Below, in pieces: positions 28,491 through 39,243 of a stretch of DNA of 64,000 nt. Position 1 is the stretch's first letter; each line of letters starts with the position of its first letter. The notes under the pieces are model-generated. The model was given only the letters and a program-made list of their open reading frames with translations, had not been told where the DNA came from and searched no databases. Made by a program: the position numbers and the translations under genes. The DNA is from Acidobacteriota bacterium (GTDB lineage Bacteria; Acidobacteriota; UBA6911; RPQK01; JAJDTT01), in contig OZ242374.1 of the NCBI GenBank assembly GCA_965209055.1, positions 1,024,001-1,088,000 on the forward strand, given 5' to 3'.

Positions 28491-29249
28491 ATGGTTTCCA
28501 GGAGAAGGAAGAAAAAGCGTTCGGCCAAACGGCGCAATCCGGTCGTGGCTGTTGTCAAGCTGGGCCTGTTGGCCGGCGTCCTGATGGTCGTCTTTCTCTT
28601 CAGCCTGATCATCAGCATGCGAGTGGCGACGCGGGCGACGGAGGTCGTGGTGCCGTCCCTCATCCGGATCGACATGGAGCAGGCCAGAAACAAGCTGGAA
28701 GCGTTGGGCCTGGGATTGACCGTGGAGGGAGAAGTCTACGACGCGTCGATTCCCAACGGCGCCGTCGTCGCTCAGCTTCCCACTCCCGGCGTCCGCCTCA
28801 AAGCCAACGGCCGGGTCAGGGTGATGGTGAGCCTGGGAGTTCAGCACAAACCGGTCCCGGATCTCATCGGGTCCACACAGCGGGTCGCCCGCCTGATGTC
28901 GCAACAGTCAGGCTACGAAATCGGACACACCAGCGAGATCTTCCTCGCCGACGTGGGATCGGACCAGATCATCCGCCAGGTCCCCAACCCGGGGTCCACG
29001 GAAGTCCTCACGGCCCGCGTCGACGTCCTGGTGGGCAAGAAGCGGGTCCAGAGCTACATCATGCCTGATTTCAGGGACTTGGATCTGAACCGGGTGCGGT
29101 CCCTCATTCGGAAGAACGGCTTCGAGTCGCCGAAGGTCAATTACACCAGGGGGAGCAGGAGAGCCCGGGGCAAGGTGGTCCGTCAATATCCCGAGGCGGG
29201 AAACATGTTGAAGGAAAACGATAAGATCATTCTGGAGGTCGCCAGCTGA
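28491..29249 (+). CDS. PASTA-domain membrane protein (three PASTA domains)
   Basis: Basic N-terminus, one TM, repeats starting VPSL / VPDL / MPDF, each with a Q-x-P motif. Confidence 0.85.
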   Translation: MVSRRRKKKRSAKRRNPVVAVVKLGLLAGVLMVVFLFSLIISMRVATRATEVVVPSLIRIDMEQARNKLEALGLGLTVEGEVYDASIPNGAVVAQLPTPGVRLKANGRVRVMVSLGVQHKPVPDLIGSTQRVARLMSQQSGYEIGHTSEIFLADVGSDQIIRQVPNPGSTEVLTARVDVLVGKKRVQSYIMPDFRDLDLNRVRSLIRKNGFESPKVNYTRGSRRARGKVVRQYPEAGNMLKENDKIILEVAS

Positions 29250-29908
29250 TGCCTTGGATCGCCCCGTCTCTACTCTCGGCCGACTTTCTCGATCTGGGAG
29301 GCGCCGTCAGGGAAATGGAGCAGGCCGGATGCCGAATTCTGCATCTGGACGTCATGGATGGACATTTCGTTCCCAACCTGAGCTTCGGCCTGCCGGTGAT
29401 CGAGGCGGTGCGCAAACAGACCGACCTGATCCTGGACGTCCACCTCATGATCTCGAACCCGGAAGACATGGCCGATGCGTTCATCGACGCGGGCGCCGAC
29501 TATCTGAGCGTCCAATATGAAACAGTTCTGCATTTGGACCGTCTAATGGACAGGATCCGGGAGAAGGGGGCGAAGCCGGGCGTGGCGCTGAATCCTCACA
29601 CACCGGTCGGCGTCCTGGAGGAAATCCTCCCCAAGTGCCACCACGTCATGATCATGTCGGTGAATCCGGGATTCTCGGGGCAACGCTTCATTGCCACGAG
29701 CTTCGATAAAATGAGAAAATTGAGGGAGATGGCGGCCCGGGACAATCTCCGGGTCAAGATCGAGATCGACGGCGGCATCAAGCCAGCCAATACGCAGGAT
29801 GCGGTTCGGGCCGGGGCCGAGATCATGGTGGCCGGTTCGGCCATCTTCGGAACGCCCTCTCCGGGTGAGACGTTTCGCCAGATGCAGACTCTCGCCGAGG
29901 AGGCTTGA
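29249..29908 (+). CDS. rpe: Ribulose-phosphate 3-epimerase
   Basis: IAPSLLSADF, HLDVMDGHFVPN, MSVNPGF, IDGGI. Confidence 0.97.
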   Translation: MPWIAPSLLSADFLDLGGAVREMEQAGCRILHLDVMDGHFVPNLSFGLPVIEAVRKQTDLILDVHLMISNPEDMADAFIDAGADYLSVQYETVLHLDRLMDRIREKGAKPGVALNPHTPVGVLEEILPKCHHVMIMSVNPGFSGQRFIATSFDKMRKLREMAARDNLRVKIEIDGGIKPANTQDAVRAGAEIMVAGSAIFGTPSPGETFRQMQTLAEEA

Positions 29909-29919
29909 CCGTAATCTGA

Positions 29920-30909
29920 ATGGGGACAGTGACAATGAGAACTGTTATCAGGCTGACCTTGCTGGCGAGCGCCCTGATCGTTCTGGCTTCCTGCGGCGGC
30001 CGCAAGGGCGCGGATCTGCAGGAGGGGGCGGTGGCGCCCGACAAGACCCTTTTCGAAAACGGGATGAAGTTCCTGGGCAAGAAGCACTTCATCAAGTCGC
30101 GCCTTTCCTTCCAGACGCTCATCAGCACTTATCCCGAGAGCGAATACACACCGACCTCGTTCCTCTCCATCGCCGATTCGTACTACGAGGAAGGAGGCAA
30201 GGAGAACCTGCTCCAGGCCGAAGCCCAGTACAAGGACTTCATCATTTTCTACCCCACCCACGAGAGCGCCGACAACGCCCAGATGAGGATCGCCGCCATC
30301 AACTACCGGCTTATGAAGCCTCATGACCGGGACCCCACCTATACCCGCAAGGCGGAGATCGAACTGAAGAAGTTCCTGGATGACTTCCCGGACAGCGAAC
30401 TGGCGCCGACGGCGGAAGAGTTTCTCAGGCAGGTGCGCGAGGAATTGGCCAAGGGTGTCCACACGGTCGGCGCCTTCTATTTCGACCGGAAGAGGTATTC
30501 CGCCGCGGCCAACCGATTCGAGGAGGTGGTGGACGAATACAACGAGTTCAGCCGGCTCGACGAGAGCCTGTTTTACCTCGCTGATTCACTGGAGAATCTG
30601 GGACGGGTCGAGGAAGCGACGGTCTACTACTCCCGTGTGGCGCGAGAGTACGAATTCAGCCCCTACTTCGACAACGCCAGGGAGAAGCTGATCCTTCTGG
30701 AAAGGCCGGTTCCTCAACTGGACAAGGCCAAGGCCGCGCGGAACCTGGCACGCATGAAGCGGTACGAGAAGGAAGGATTCTCCATCCTCTCTCCCGTCCG
30801 AGGCGTCCTGGGGATCTTCACCGGGCGCGAGGACCCCTACGAAGTGGCGCGCCGCCGCGCCGAGCAACGCCAGATGGAGGAGTCCGGGGGCGACGAATCG
30901 CTCCGTTGA
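29920..30909 (+). CDS. bamD: Outer membrane protein assembly lipoprotein BamD
   Basis: Lipobox LASC, TPR pattern (YPESEY, DRDPTYT, FPDS, FYFDRKRYSAAANRF). Confidence 0.88.
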   Translation: MGTVTMRTVIRLTLLASALIVLASCGGRKGADLQEGAVAPDKTLFENGMKFLGKKHFIKSRLSFQTLISTYPESEYTPTSFLSIADSYYEEGGKENLLQAEAQYKDFIIFYPTHESADNAQMRIAAINYRLMKPHDRDPTYTRKAEIELKKFLDDFPDSELAPTAEEFLRQVREELAKGVHTVGAFYFDRKRYSAAANRFEEVVDEYNEFSRLDESLFYLADSLENLGRVEEATVYYSRVAREYEFSPYFDNAREKLILLERPVPQLDKAKAARNLARMKRYEKEGFSILSPVRGVLGIFTGREDPYEVARRRAEQRQMEESGGDESLR

Positions 30910-31002
30910 CCGGATCCCGATCAGGCTCCGGACATCCCGGCATCAGCAATTCATCCGGGATTGAAATCCCGGTCCCGCCGCAGAGGAGCCCCTCTGCGAG
31001 TC

Positions 31003-31011
31003 TGCTATAAT
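31003..31011 (+). promoter_or_regulatory. Extended -10 promoter element upstream of valS
   Basis: TGCTATAAT about 48 bp upstream of the start codon. Confidence 0.55.
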
Positions 31012-31058
31012 CCCTGCTTCTCCAAACCCGATCCAGCGATACAACCGGGGCATTCGGA

Positions 31059-33704
31059 TTGATCAACCTCCCCAAGACCTACGAGCCGAAGCGAGTCGAA
31101 CGGAAGTGGTACACCCTCTGGGAAGAGAGAGGCTACTTCAAGGGACGCACCGATTCCGGAAAGCCGGCCTACAGCATCGTGATCCCTCCTCCCAACGTCA
31201 CCGGCTCCCTGCACATGGGACACGCCCTCAACTGCACTCTCCAGGACGTCTTGACCCGGTGGAAGCGAATGAAGGGCTTCAACACCCTGTGGCTGCCGGG
31301 CACGGACCATGCGGGAATCGCCACCCAGAACGTGGTGGAACGCCAGTTGGCGGAGGAGGGAAAGACCCGTTCGGACCTGGGCCGGACCGCCTTCGAAGAA
31401 CGGGTCTGGGAGTGGAAGAAGATTGCGGAAGACAACATTCTCTCCCAGATCCGCAAGCTGGGATGCTCCTGCGACTGGAGCCGCCAGAGGTTCACCTTGG
31501 ACGAAGGCCTGTCCCGGGCCGTGAGAGAGGTCTTCGTGCGCCTCTACGAAGAGGGCCTCATCTACAAGGGGGAGTACCTGGTCAACTGGTGTCCCCGCTG
31601 CCGGACCGCCATCTCGGACCTTGAGGTGGAGTTCGCTCCCACGCGGGGCCACCTGTGGCATATCCGTTATCCGGTCAAGGGTTCGGACGAGTGTCTGGTG
31701 GTGGCCACCACTCGCCCCGAGACCATGTTGGGAGACACCGCCGTCGCGGTTCATCCCGATGACGGACGCTACCACCATGTTCGCGGCCGAACCGTCGTTC
31801 TGCCCTTGATGGACCGGGAAATCCCCATCATCGAGGACACCTTCGTGGACCGCGAATTCGGAACCGGAGCCGTGAAGGTCACCCCGGGGCATGACCCCAA
31901 CGATTTCGAAGCGGGCCGGCGCCACCAACTGCCCATCGTGAAGGTGATCGACGAGGACGGCCGGATGACGGCCGACGCGGGAGCATTCGCCGGACTGGAC
32001 CGCTACCAGGCCCGGCGGCAGGTTGCCGCCGAGTTGGAACGCCTGGGCTTGCTGGAGATGGTCGAGAAACACGATCACAACGTGGGACGGTGCCAGAGAT
32101 GCCCGTCGGTGGTGGAGCCTCTGGTTTCGACGCAGTGGTTCGTCAGGGTAAAGCCGCTGGCCCAGACCGCTCTCCAGGCAGTGGAGGAGGGTTCGACCGT
32201 CTTCGTCCCCGGCAACTACACGAAGATCTTTTCCGATTGGATGACCAACATCCACGACTGGTGCATCAGCCGGCAGTTGTGGTGGGGACACCGCATCCCC
32301 GCCTGGACCTGCGAGGATTGCGACCACTCGACCGTGGCTCGAACCGAGCCCGAGGCCTGCTCCCGCTGCGGCAGTGCCCGCCAGGTCCAGGAATCGGATG
32401 TCCTGGACACCTGGTTCAGTTCCGGCCTCTGGCCCTTCTCCACTCTGGGATGGCCGGACCGGACGCGGGACCTGGAGACCTTCTATCCCACCAGCACTCT
32501 GGTCACGGGATTCGACATCATCTTCTTCTGGGTCGCCCGCATGATGATGCTGGGCCTCCGCTTCCGCGGCGACGTGCCGTTTCGGAGAGTGCTCATCACC
32601 GGACTGGTCCGCGACCAGCATGGACAGAAGATGTCCAAGTCCAAGGGAAACATCATCGACCCTCTTGAGGTCATCGAAGAGTACGGATGTGACGCCGTCC
32701 GCTTCACATTGGCGGTTTCAGCCGCACCCGGAGCCGACATCCCCTTCTCCATCCGCCGGATGGCCGGCTACCGGGCCTTCTGCAACAAGATCTGGAACGG
32801 CGCCCGCTATCTGCTTTTGAACCTGGATCAGGGACTGACCGCCGATGAGGAGGAGATCGGCAGGCTTTGGGAGCAGGGTTCCCTGCGGCTGGAGGACCGC
32901 TGGATTCTGGGCCGGCTCCAGCAGATCAACCAGGACACGGAAAGGAACCTGGAGCGGTTCTTCATTCACAGCGCCAGCAATGATCTCTACCATTTCTTCT
33001 GGCATGAGTTCTGCGACTGGTACGTCGAACTGATCAAAGGGCGAATCAGCGGCGGCGACACCGTTGCCGCCCAGGTCGCCGCCCATGTTCTGGAACGCTC
33101 CCTCCGCCTGCTTCATCCCTTCGTGCCCTTCCTGACGGAGGAGCTTTGGCAGCGGCTTCCGCATGCGGGCGAAACCATCATGCTGGCCCCGTTTCCCGAG
33201 CCCCGGCCGGGATGGATCGACCAGGACCACATCGACCGCATGACCCAACTCCAGGAGTTGATCACGGCGCTGCGAACGGCCCGCGCCGAGAACAACATCG
33301 ACCCCAGGAGGCGCCTTCCCGCCGAGTTCACCTGTTCGTTTCCGGTCCGCGATTTCCTGGAGTCGCAGAGCCACCACCTGAAGAATCTGGCCCGACTGAG
33401 CGAGATCGAGTTCCGGGACGGGCTGAGCCGGGAGGGACTGCGCATCACCGGCGTGGCCAACACGACCCAGTTCGCCCTGCGGCTGGACGAGGCCATCGAT
33501 CTGGCCGCGGAGAAAGACCGGCTGCAACGGCAGATCGGACGGCTGGAGGAAGACCGGAGCCGGCTCGACCGCAAACTGGACAACGAAAATTTCGTTCGAA
33601 AGGCTCCGGCCCACATCGTGGACGGCGCGCGCCGGCGCCGCCAGGAGGTCGGGACGAAGCTGAAACGGCTTCAGGACATGCTCCATGGACTTCCTGAGCC
33701 TTGA
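31059..33704 (+). CDS. valS: Valine--tRNA ligase
   Basis: [31 protein letters not shown]-terminal coiled coil. Confidence 0.98.
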   Translation: MINLPKTYEPKRVERKWYTLWEERGYFKGRTDSGKPAYSIVIPPPNVTGSLHMGHALNCTLQDVLTRWKRMKGFNTLWLPGTDHAGIATQNVVERQLAEEGKTRSDLGRTAFEERVWEWKKIAEDNILSQIRKLGCSCDWSRQRFTLDEGLSRAVREVFVRLYEEGLIYKGEYLVNWCPRCRTAISDLEVEFAPTRGHLWHIRYPVKGSDECLVVATTRPETMLGDTAVAVHPDDGRYHHVRGRTVVLPLMDREIPIIEDTFVDREFGTGAVKVTPGHDPNDFEAGRRHQLPIVKVIDEDGRMTADAGAFAGLDRYQARRQVAAELERLGLLEMVEKHDHNVGRCQRCPSVVEPLVSTQWFVRVKPLAQTALQAVEEGSTVFVPGNYTKIFSDWMTNIHDWCISRQLWWGHRIPAWTCEDCDHSTVARTEPEACSRCGSARQVQESDVLDTWFSSGLWPFSTLGWPDRTRDLETFYPTSTLVTGFDIIFFWVARMMMLGLRFRGDVPFRRVLITGLVRDQHGQKMSKSKGNIIDPLEVIEEYGCDAVRFTLAVSAAPGADIPFSIRRMAGYRAFCNKIWNGARYLLLNLDQGLTADEEEIGRLWEQGSLRLEDRWILGRLQQINQDTERNLERFFIHSASNDLYHFFWHEFCDWYVELIKGRISGGDTVAAQVAAHVLERSLRLLHPFVPFLTEELWQRLPHAGETIMLAPFPEPRPGWIDQDHIDRMTQLQELITALRTARAENNIDPRRRLPAEFTCSFPVRDFLESQSHHLKNLARLSEIEFRDGLSREGLRITGVANTTQFALRLDEAIDLAAEKDRLQRQIGRLEEDRSRLDRKLDNENFVRKAPAHIVDGARRRRQEVGTKLKRLQDMLHGLPEP

Positions 33705-34533
33705 TCCCCTGCTTCGCCAAGCCCTCCAAGAGGACCTGGGACGAGGAGACATTACGACCGAGGCCATACTGCAGGCCAACCCCCGTGCCGATGGGGTCGG
33801 GACGGCCCGGGTTCTGGCTCGGCAGCGAATGATTCTGGCGGGATGGCCGGTCTTTCTCCGGGTTTTTCGCCTGCTGGGCCCGGTCACCGGCCAGGCCCGG
33901 TACGACGAAGGGGATTGGGTCGAGCCGGGCTGCCTGGGAACCCTGGAGGGGCCCGTTTCGACCCTCCTGCAGGCCGAGAGAGTCGCCTTGAATTTCCTCC
34001 AGCGGCTCTGCGGGATCGCCACCCGGACCCGCGGCTGCGTGGACCGGGTCGGTTCCAGCCGTGTCCGCGTCCTGGACACTCGGAAGACGACGCCACTCTG
34101 GCGCAACCTGGAGAAATATGCGGTCAGAATGGGGGGCGGTCAGAACCACCGGATGGGTTTGGATGACGGCGTACTCATCAAGGAGAACCACATCGCCGCC
34201 GCCGGGGGCGTCCGGGCGGCCGTCGAGGCGTGCCGGGAGCGCTCCGGACATCTGCAGCAGATCCGGGTGGAGGTCACCAACCAGCAAGAACTGGCCGCGG
34301 CTCTGGACGCGGGAGCGGACGCCGTCCTGCTGGACAACATGACGGTGGAGCAGGTCCGGCGGTCCGTCGCCGCCTGCGCCGGCCGGTGCCTGGTGGAGGC
34401 CTCGGGGGGCATCACCCGCCGGAACCTTCAAGCTTACGCCGAGACCGGCGTCGACTTCATTTCCATGGGCTCCCTGACCCACTCCGTCGCCTCCAGCGAC
34501 ATCAGCCTGATGCTGGATGTTGGCGGACCCTGA
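33685..34533 (+). CDS. nadC: Nicotinate-nucleotide pyrophosphorylase (carboxylating)
   Basis: [34 protein letters not shown]. Confidence 0.96.
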   Translation: MDFLSLDPLLRQALQEDLGRGDITTEAILQANPRADGVGTARVLARQRMILAGWPVFLRVFRLLGPVTGQARYDEGDWVEPGCLGTLEGPVSTLLQAERVALNFLQRLCGIATRTRGCVDRVGSSRVRVLDTRKTTPLWRNLEKYAVRMGGGQNHRMGLDDGVLIKENHIAAAGGVRAAVEACRERSGHLQQIRVEVTNQQELAAALDAGADAVLLDNMTVEQVRRSVAACAGRCLVEASGGITRRNLQAYAETGVDFISMGSLTHSVASSDISLMLDVGGP

Positions 34534-34541
34534 GTTCGAAG

Positions 34542-35150
34542 ATGCGTTTCAGGCAGTTGGACTACATGGCCAGAGTCGACTCGACCAGCGACTACCTGAA
34601 GCCGTTCATCGAATCGGGGAAGGCCCGAATGGCCGTCGCCGAAGAGCAGACCGGAGGACGCGGACGCTTTGGACGATCCTGGCATTCCCCCGCAGGCATG
34701 GGACTCTACGCGTCCTATCTCTGCTTTCCCGCCTCCGAGATTCGCCAGGCGGAGGACCTGACCCGGGCCGCGGCTCTGGGTGTGGTTCGAGCCATTGGCG
34801 CCTGGAGCGGAACGGGGGCGCCGCTGCGCATCAAGCTGCCCAACGACGTCCTGTTGAAAGGCAGGAAATGCGCCGGCATTCTCATCGAGATGGGGACCCA
34901 GACGGATCGAATCCAGTGGGCCATCATCGGCATCGGAGTCAACCTCTTTCATCGGTCGTTCCCCGACGAATTGGCCTCCACGGCCACCTCCCTGTCTCTG
35001 GAGGGAATACGCGTCCCGAATCTGATGACTTTCTTTCGGGAGCTGACGCGCCAACTGGAGCGGACCCTGTCGAGCCTGGAACAGGGTCACCGGCGTCAAC
35101 TCACGGTGGCTTTCCAGGAATACATCCTGGCCGGCGGGGGCAACGAATGA
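34542..35150 (+). CDS. birA: Biotin--protein ligase (no HTH domain)
   Basis: VDST, AEEQTGGRGRFGRSW, KLPND, KCAGILIE, GIGVN; ATG 34542. Confidence 0.88.
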   Translation: MRFRQLDYMARVDSTSDYLKPFIESGKARMAVAEEQTGGRGRFGRSWHSPAGMGLYASYLCFPASEIRQAEDLTRAAALGVVRAIGAWSGTGAPLRIKLPNDVLLKGRKCAGILIEMGTQTDRIQWAIIGIGVNLFHRSFPDELASTATSLSLEGIRVPNLMTFFRELTRQLERTLSSLEQGHRRQLTVAFQEYILAGGGNE

Positions 35151-36088
35151 TGAACCCCTCAACGCCGAAAGAACGGCCCGGTTATTTCGAACGCCTGAAA
35201 AGTGCGCTTCAGGCGACCCGCCGGGAACTGAGCCGCAGGATCGACGAATTGCTGGGACCCCGGGAGAGCCCCATCTCCCCGGATCAACTGGAGGAGCTGG
35301 AGTATCTTCTCATCGGGGCCGACCTGGGTGTCGAGACCAGCGAAAGCCTGGTGGCGAAGATCCGTCAAAGCAGCCGGGGAAAACGGCCCATCAGTTCCGG
35401 GCAGGCGCGCAAACTCCTGGCTTCCGAGCTCCTCGAACTGTTCGAGGTTCCCGGTTGGCAGGAAGAATGGGCCGCCAGACCGCATGTGGTCCTGGTGGTG
35501 GGAGTCAACGGTGTGGGCAAGACCACGACCATCGGCAAACTGGCCCACCGTTACGCCCGGGCCGGCAGGAGCGCCATCGTCGCGGCGTCGGACACGTTTC
35601 GCGCCGCCGCCGTGGAACAGTTGAGCGTCTGGTGCCGCCGCAGCGGGGCCGATCTTGTCATGCAGCGGGGCGGGACCGATCCCGCGGCGGTCTTGCATGA
35701 CGCCTTGCAGGCGGCGAAGGCCCGCAACAAGGACGTCCTCCTCGCCGACACGGCCGGCCGGCTGCACACCAAGCGGAATCTGATGGAAGAGGTCAAGAAA
35801 ATGGCCCGGGTCGCAGGCCGGCTGGTCCCCGGCGCGCCCCATGACGTCTACCTGGTTCTGGACGCGACGACGGGACAGAACGGTCTCATCCAGGCTCGGG
35901 AGTTCTTGACCGCCCTCGGCGTCACCGGAATCGTCGTCACCAAGCTGGACGGCACCGCAAAAGGGGGGATCGTCGCGGCGATCGCCAGTCAACTGAAGAT
36001 CCCCATCCGTTTCGTCGGCACGGGAGAAGGGCTGGAGGACCTGGCGCCCTTCGATCGTCAGACCTTCGTGGACTCCATCCTCACCTGA
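35147..36088 (+). CDS. ftsY: Signal recognition particle receptor FtsY
   Basis: GVNGVGKTTTIGKLA, DTFRAAA, DTAGR, TKLDGTAKGG; ATG 35147 overlaps the birA stop. Confidence 0.96.
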   Translation: MMNPSTPKERPGYFERLKSALQATRRELSRRIDELLGPRESPISPDQLEELEYLLIGADLGVETSESLVAKIRQSSRGKRPISSGQARKLLASELLELFEVPGWQEEWAARPHVVLVVGVNGVGKTTTIGKLAHRYARAGRSAIVAASDTFRAAAVEQLSVWCRRSGADLVMQRGGTDPAAVLHDALQAAKARNKDVLLADTAGRLHTKRNLMEEVKKMARVAGRLVPGAPHDVYLVLDATTGQNGLIQAREFLTALGVTGIVVTKLDGTAKGGIVAAIASQLKIPIRFVGTGEGLEDLAPFDRQTFVDSILT

Positions 36089-37241
36089 ACACCGGCGCCA
36101 CGGCCGCCTGCATGGCCGCCGTGATGCCGGTCCCCAGTTTGACGGGAGCGCCCAGTTCCAGAAGACAGATCTCGATGGCCGAAATCACCGCGAAGACATC
36201 CACCAGATCGAAATAGCCCAAGTGTCCGATACGGATGATCTTCCCCTTCAGCACGCCCTGCCCGCCCGCCACGACGATCCCGAAGCGCTCCTGAAGATTC
36301 TGGATCAGCCTGGCCGCGTCGATCCCGGGAGGCGGAAAGCATGCCGTCAAGGCGTTGGCCGGCGCGGAGGAGAGTTGCCTGAAACCGAGGGCTTCCAATC
36401 CTCTCCGCGTGCAACGCGCCCGGACCTCGACCTGCTCCAGAATCCGGTCCAGGCCCTGATCGACCATTTCCCGGCTCGTCCGGTTCAAGGCCTGCACCAG
36501 GGCCACGGCGGGGGTCAGTCCCGTCTGTCCCCGGCGCTGCCCGTTCACTTCCTTGAGGAGATCGAAATAGAACCGGGGTCCGGGACAAGCCCGGATGGTT
36601 TCCAAAGCCCTGGGGCTCAGAGACAAAAAGGACAGGCCGGGCGGAATCGCAAACGCCTTCTGGGCGCCGCCGATGACCACGTCCAGACCCCAGGCGTCCG
36701 TCTCCACCGGCTGACTCCCCAGAGCCGTAATCGCGTCCACCACCACCAGAACCCCGGGACAACGGCTGCGGACCGTCCGAGCGATGGATTCCAGGTCGTG
36801 GATGGTGGCCGTGGAACTCTCGCAGCCCTGGATCAACAGGGCACGGATATCCGGGTTGGCCTCCAGAGCCCGTTGGATCTCCAAGGCCGAGGCTGCTTCA
36901 CCGTACGGTTTCTCCAGAACGTCGCACGGAACGTTGAAGGCCCGGCAGATTTGGACCCAGCGATCACCGAACTTTCCGGCCGAGACGGCCAGGGCACGGG
37001 ACTCGGAGGAGAGGAGGTTGTTCACCGCGGCTTCCATGGCTCCGGTTCCGGATGCGGTGAGGATGACGACGTCGTTCCTGGTCTTAAAAAGAGCCTGAAG
37101 GTGGGTTCGGGTCTCGAGCAGCAATTCCCGGAACTCGTCCTTGCGATGGTGGACCAGGGGACTGGCCATGGCCAATTGCGCAGACGGCGCGACCGGAGTC
37201 GGTCCTGGGGTGAATATCCGGGTTCGCCTCATGCGGCGCAT
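36081..37241 (-). CDS. Class V PLP aminotransferase (serine-pyruvate/alanine-glyoxylate type)
   Basis: TPGPT, SGTGAME, VDAI, GAQKAF, RIGHLG. Confidence 0.92.
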   Translation of the reverse strand: MRRMRRTRIFTPGPTPVAPSAQLAMASPLVHHRKDEFRELLLETRTHLQALFKTRNDVVILTASGTGAMEAAVNNLLSSESRALAVSAGKFGDRWVQICRAFNVPCDVLEKPYGEAASALEIQRALEANPDIRALLIQGCESSTATIHDLESIARTVRSRCPGVLVVVDAITALGSQPVETDAWGLDVVIGGAQKAFAIPPGLSFLSLSPRALETIRACPGPRFYFDLLKEVNGQRRGQTGLTPAVALVQALNRTSREMVDQGLDRILEQVEVRARCTRRGLEALGFRQLSSAPANALTACFPPPGIDAARLIQNLQERFGIVVAGGQGVLKGKIIRIGHLGYFDLVDVFAVISAIEICLLELGAPVKLGTGITAAMQAAVAPVFR

Positions 37242-37306
37242 AATATCACGGCGCCAAACCCGGACTCCGGGAAAGAGAGTGGGTCAAATCAGTCGATTAC
37301 CCGCCT

Positions 37307-38269
37307 TCAGGCTGAAATGGCGACCGAGCCGGATCGCAACAGCGAGAGCCGGGGAGCGGCGTCGCATCCCGCCCGGATCCCCACCCAACCGGGCAGAATC
37401 CCGGCGAAGACGTTGCGAAAGTCCACCGTGTGAACCAGGTCTCCGGACGGCGTCAACTCATGGGGAGACAGGCCCGGGTGGCGCCCGTGAAGCCCCGCGA
37501 AGACCCTCTTTCCCACGATGAATACGGGATTGGCGGTTCCGTGGTCGGTGCCGAAAGTCTCATTCTCCGCCAGACGCCGTCCGAACTCGCTGAAGATCAC
37601 GACGACCACATGCTCGTCCCGGCCTCGGCGGGTCAGGTCGTCCAGGAAGCCGGTGACGGCCGCGGAGAGCATGGAGAGGAGCCGGGCATGGATCCCCCGG
37701 GTCGGATTCCCCGGGACAACCTGAAAGGCATGGGTGTCGAAGCCGCCCATGGACGTGTAGAACACCCGCACTCCCGTCCCGGCTGCGATGCACCGGGCGA
37801 TGACCGCCAGATTGGCCCCAAGAGCTCCGTCCGTCACCCGCATTCCAAGTTCCGGCAGGCATCGGCGGTCCGGACTGTCCCCTTCCGCCGCCGTTCCCAC
37901 CCGCGCCGTATGCCAGATCTTTCTGGACCGAAAATGGGATCGATTCGGATCGGGATAGCCCACTCCCTGAACCAGAGCCACATTTCCCCCGTCGAACAGC
38001 CTTTTGAACCCGTCCAGGGAGGGATGGAATCCGACGGTGTCGTCCAGCTTCAGGACGTCCGCGGGAGAAATGGCCAGATGCGGACGCTGCCGGTAGTAAT
38101 CCTCCAGGCCATGCGGGACCACCGTGTTGAGGCCATCGCAGCCTCCAGCCAATTCGATGAACACCGACACCGGCCGCGGGTCGATACTCCCCGCCGGCGA
38201 ACGCATGCCGGCGGCCAGAGAGACGCCGGAAACCAGGCACGACTTCCGGAGAAACTCTCGCCGTTTCAC
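37307..38269 (-). CDS. DUF1501-family protein with twin-arginine signal
   Basis: MKRREFL; LAGGCDGLN, NRSHFRS, GGFDTH, SEFGRR, GTDHG, VDFR. Confidence 0.82.
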   Translation of the reverse strand: MKRREFLRKSCLVSGVSLAAGMRSPAGSIDPRPVSVFIELAGGCDGLNTVVPHGLEDYYRQRPHLAISPADVLKLDDTVGFHPSLDGFKRLFDGGNVALVQGVGYPDPNRSHFRSRKIWHTARVGTAAEGDSPDRRCLPELGMRVTDGALGANLAVIARCIAAGTGVRVFYTSMGGFDTHAFQVVPGNPTRGIHARLLSMLSAAVTGFLDDLTRRGRDEHVVVVIFSEFGRRLAENETFGTDHGTANPVFIVGKRVFAGLHGRHPGLSPHELTPSGDLVHTVDFRNVFAGILPGWVGIRAGCDAAPRLSLLRSGSVAISA

Positions 38270-38393
38270 CTGATCCTCCGGTGTTTTCCAGCCTTGGGAG
38301 TTCGCCGCATCCCGTGGAGACTTTCGACGCAGCTTCCTATACTACAGCACGAACAGTCGGCGATTCGGCCGAAGTGGCGACGGGGGTGGCATC

Positions 38394-39236
38394 TTGCGAC
38401 TGAGACACGCGATCTGCAGTGAGATCTTTGGGGGACAGGACCTGGCCCAAACCTGCCGGACGGTCCACGCACTCGGCTATCGGGGCCTGGAGGTGGCTCC
38501 GTTCACGCTGGCCGACTCGGTGGATGAGATCCCGCCCCGGCAGCGGCGGCAGATTCGGGAGACCATCGAAGGAGAGGGAATGGTCTGCTCGGGGATCCAC
38601 TGGCTCCTGGTCAAGCCCAAGGGGCTGCATCTGACGACTCGGGACCGGACCCTGAGGGACAAGAGTTGGTCCTATCTCTCGCGCCTCATCGACTTCTGCG
38701 GTGACCTGGGCGGACATCTCATGATCCTCGGCTCGCCCCATCAGCGGAGCACTCGGGACGGAATGACGGCCCGGGAAGCACTGGGCCGGCTCGCCGAGGG
38801 TCTGGCCGAGCTGGCCCCCTCGGCGCGCGATCGGGAGGTGACGCTCCTGATGGAGGCCGTTTCGAGCGAGGAGACGGATGTGGTCTCCACTCTGGCGGAG
38901 GCGGTCGAAGTGGTGGACCGGGTCGCCCACAGTCACGTCCAGACCATGTTCGATTGCCACAACGCCGCCGACGAGGGGGGCGACTTCCTCCACCTGGCCG
39001 AGCGTTACTGGTCCCGAATACGCCACGTTCACGTCAACGAGATCGACGGCCGCCATCCCGGCACCGGAGACGTGGACTTCGAACGCCTCCTGCGATTCCT
39101 ACGGGATCGGGACTATGGAGGCTGGGTCTCCTTGGAGGTCTTCGATTTCCGGGCCGGCGGCGAGCGGATCGCCCGGGAAAGCATCTCCTACCTCCGGGAG
39201 ATTGAATCGAGGCTGGAATCGGCCTCGGACCGTTGA
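38394..39236 (+). CDS. Sugar phosphate isomerase/epimerase (xylose isomerase-like TIM barrel)
   Basis: GLEVAPF, GSPHQR, LMEA, MFDCHN, HVHVNE, SLEVF metal-ligand pattern. Confidence 0.85.
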   Translation: MRLRHAICSEIFGGQDLAQTCRTVHALGYRGLEVAPFTLADSVDEIPPRQRRQIRETIEGEGMVCSGIHWLLVKPKGLHLTTRDRTLRDKSWSYLSRLIDFCGDLGGHLMILGSPHQRSTRDGMTAREALGRLAEGLAELAPSARDREVTLLMEAVSSEETDVVSTLAEAVEVVDRVAHSHVQTMFDCHNAADEGGDFLHLAERYWSRIRHVHVNEIDGRHPGTGDVDFERLLRFLRDRDYGGWVSLEVFDFRAGGERIARESISYLREIESRLESASDR

Positions 39237-39243
39237 CACCACC

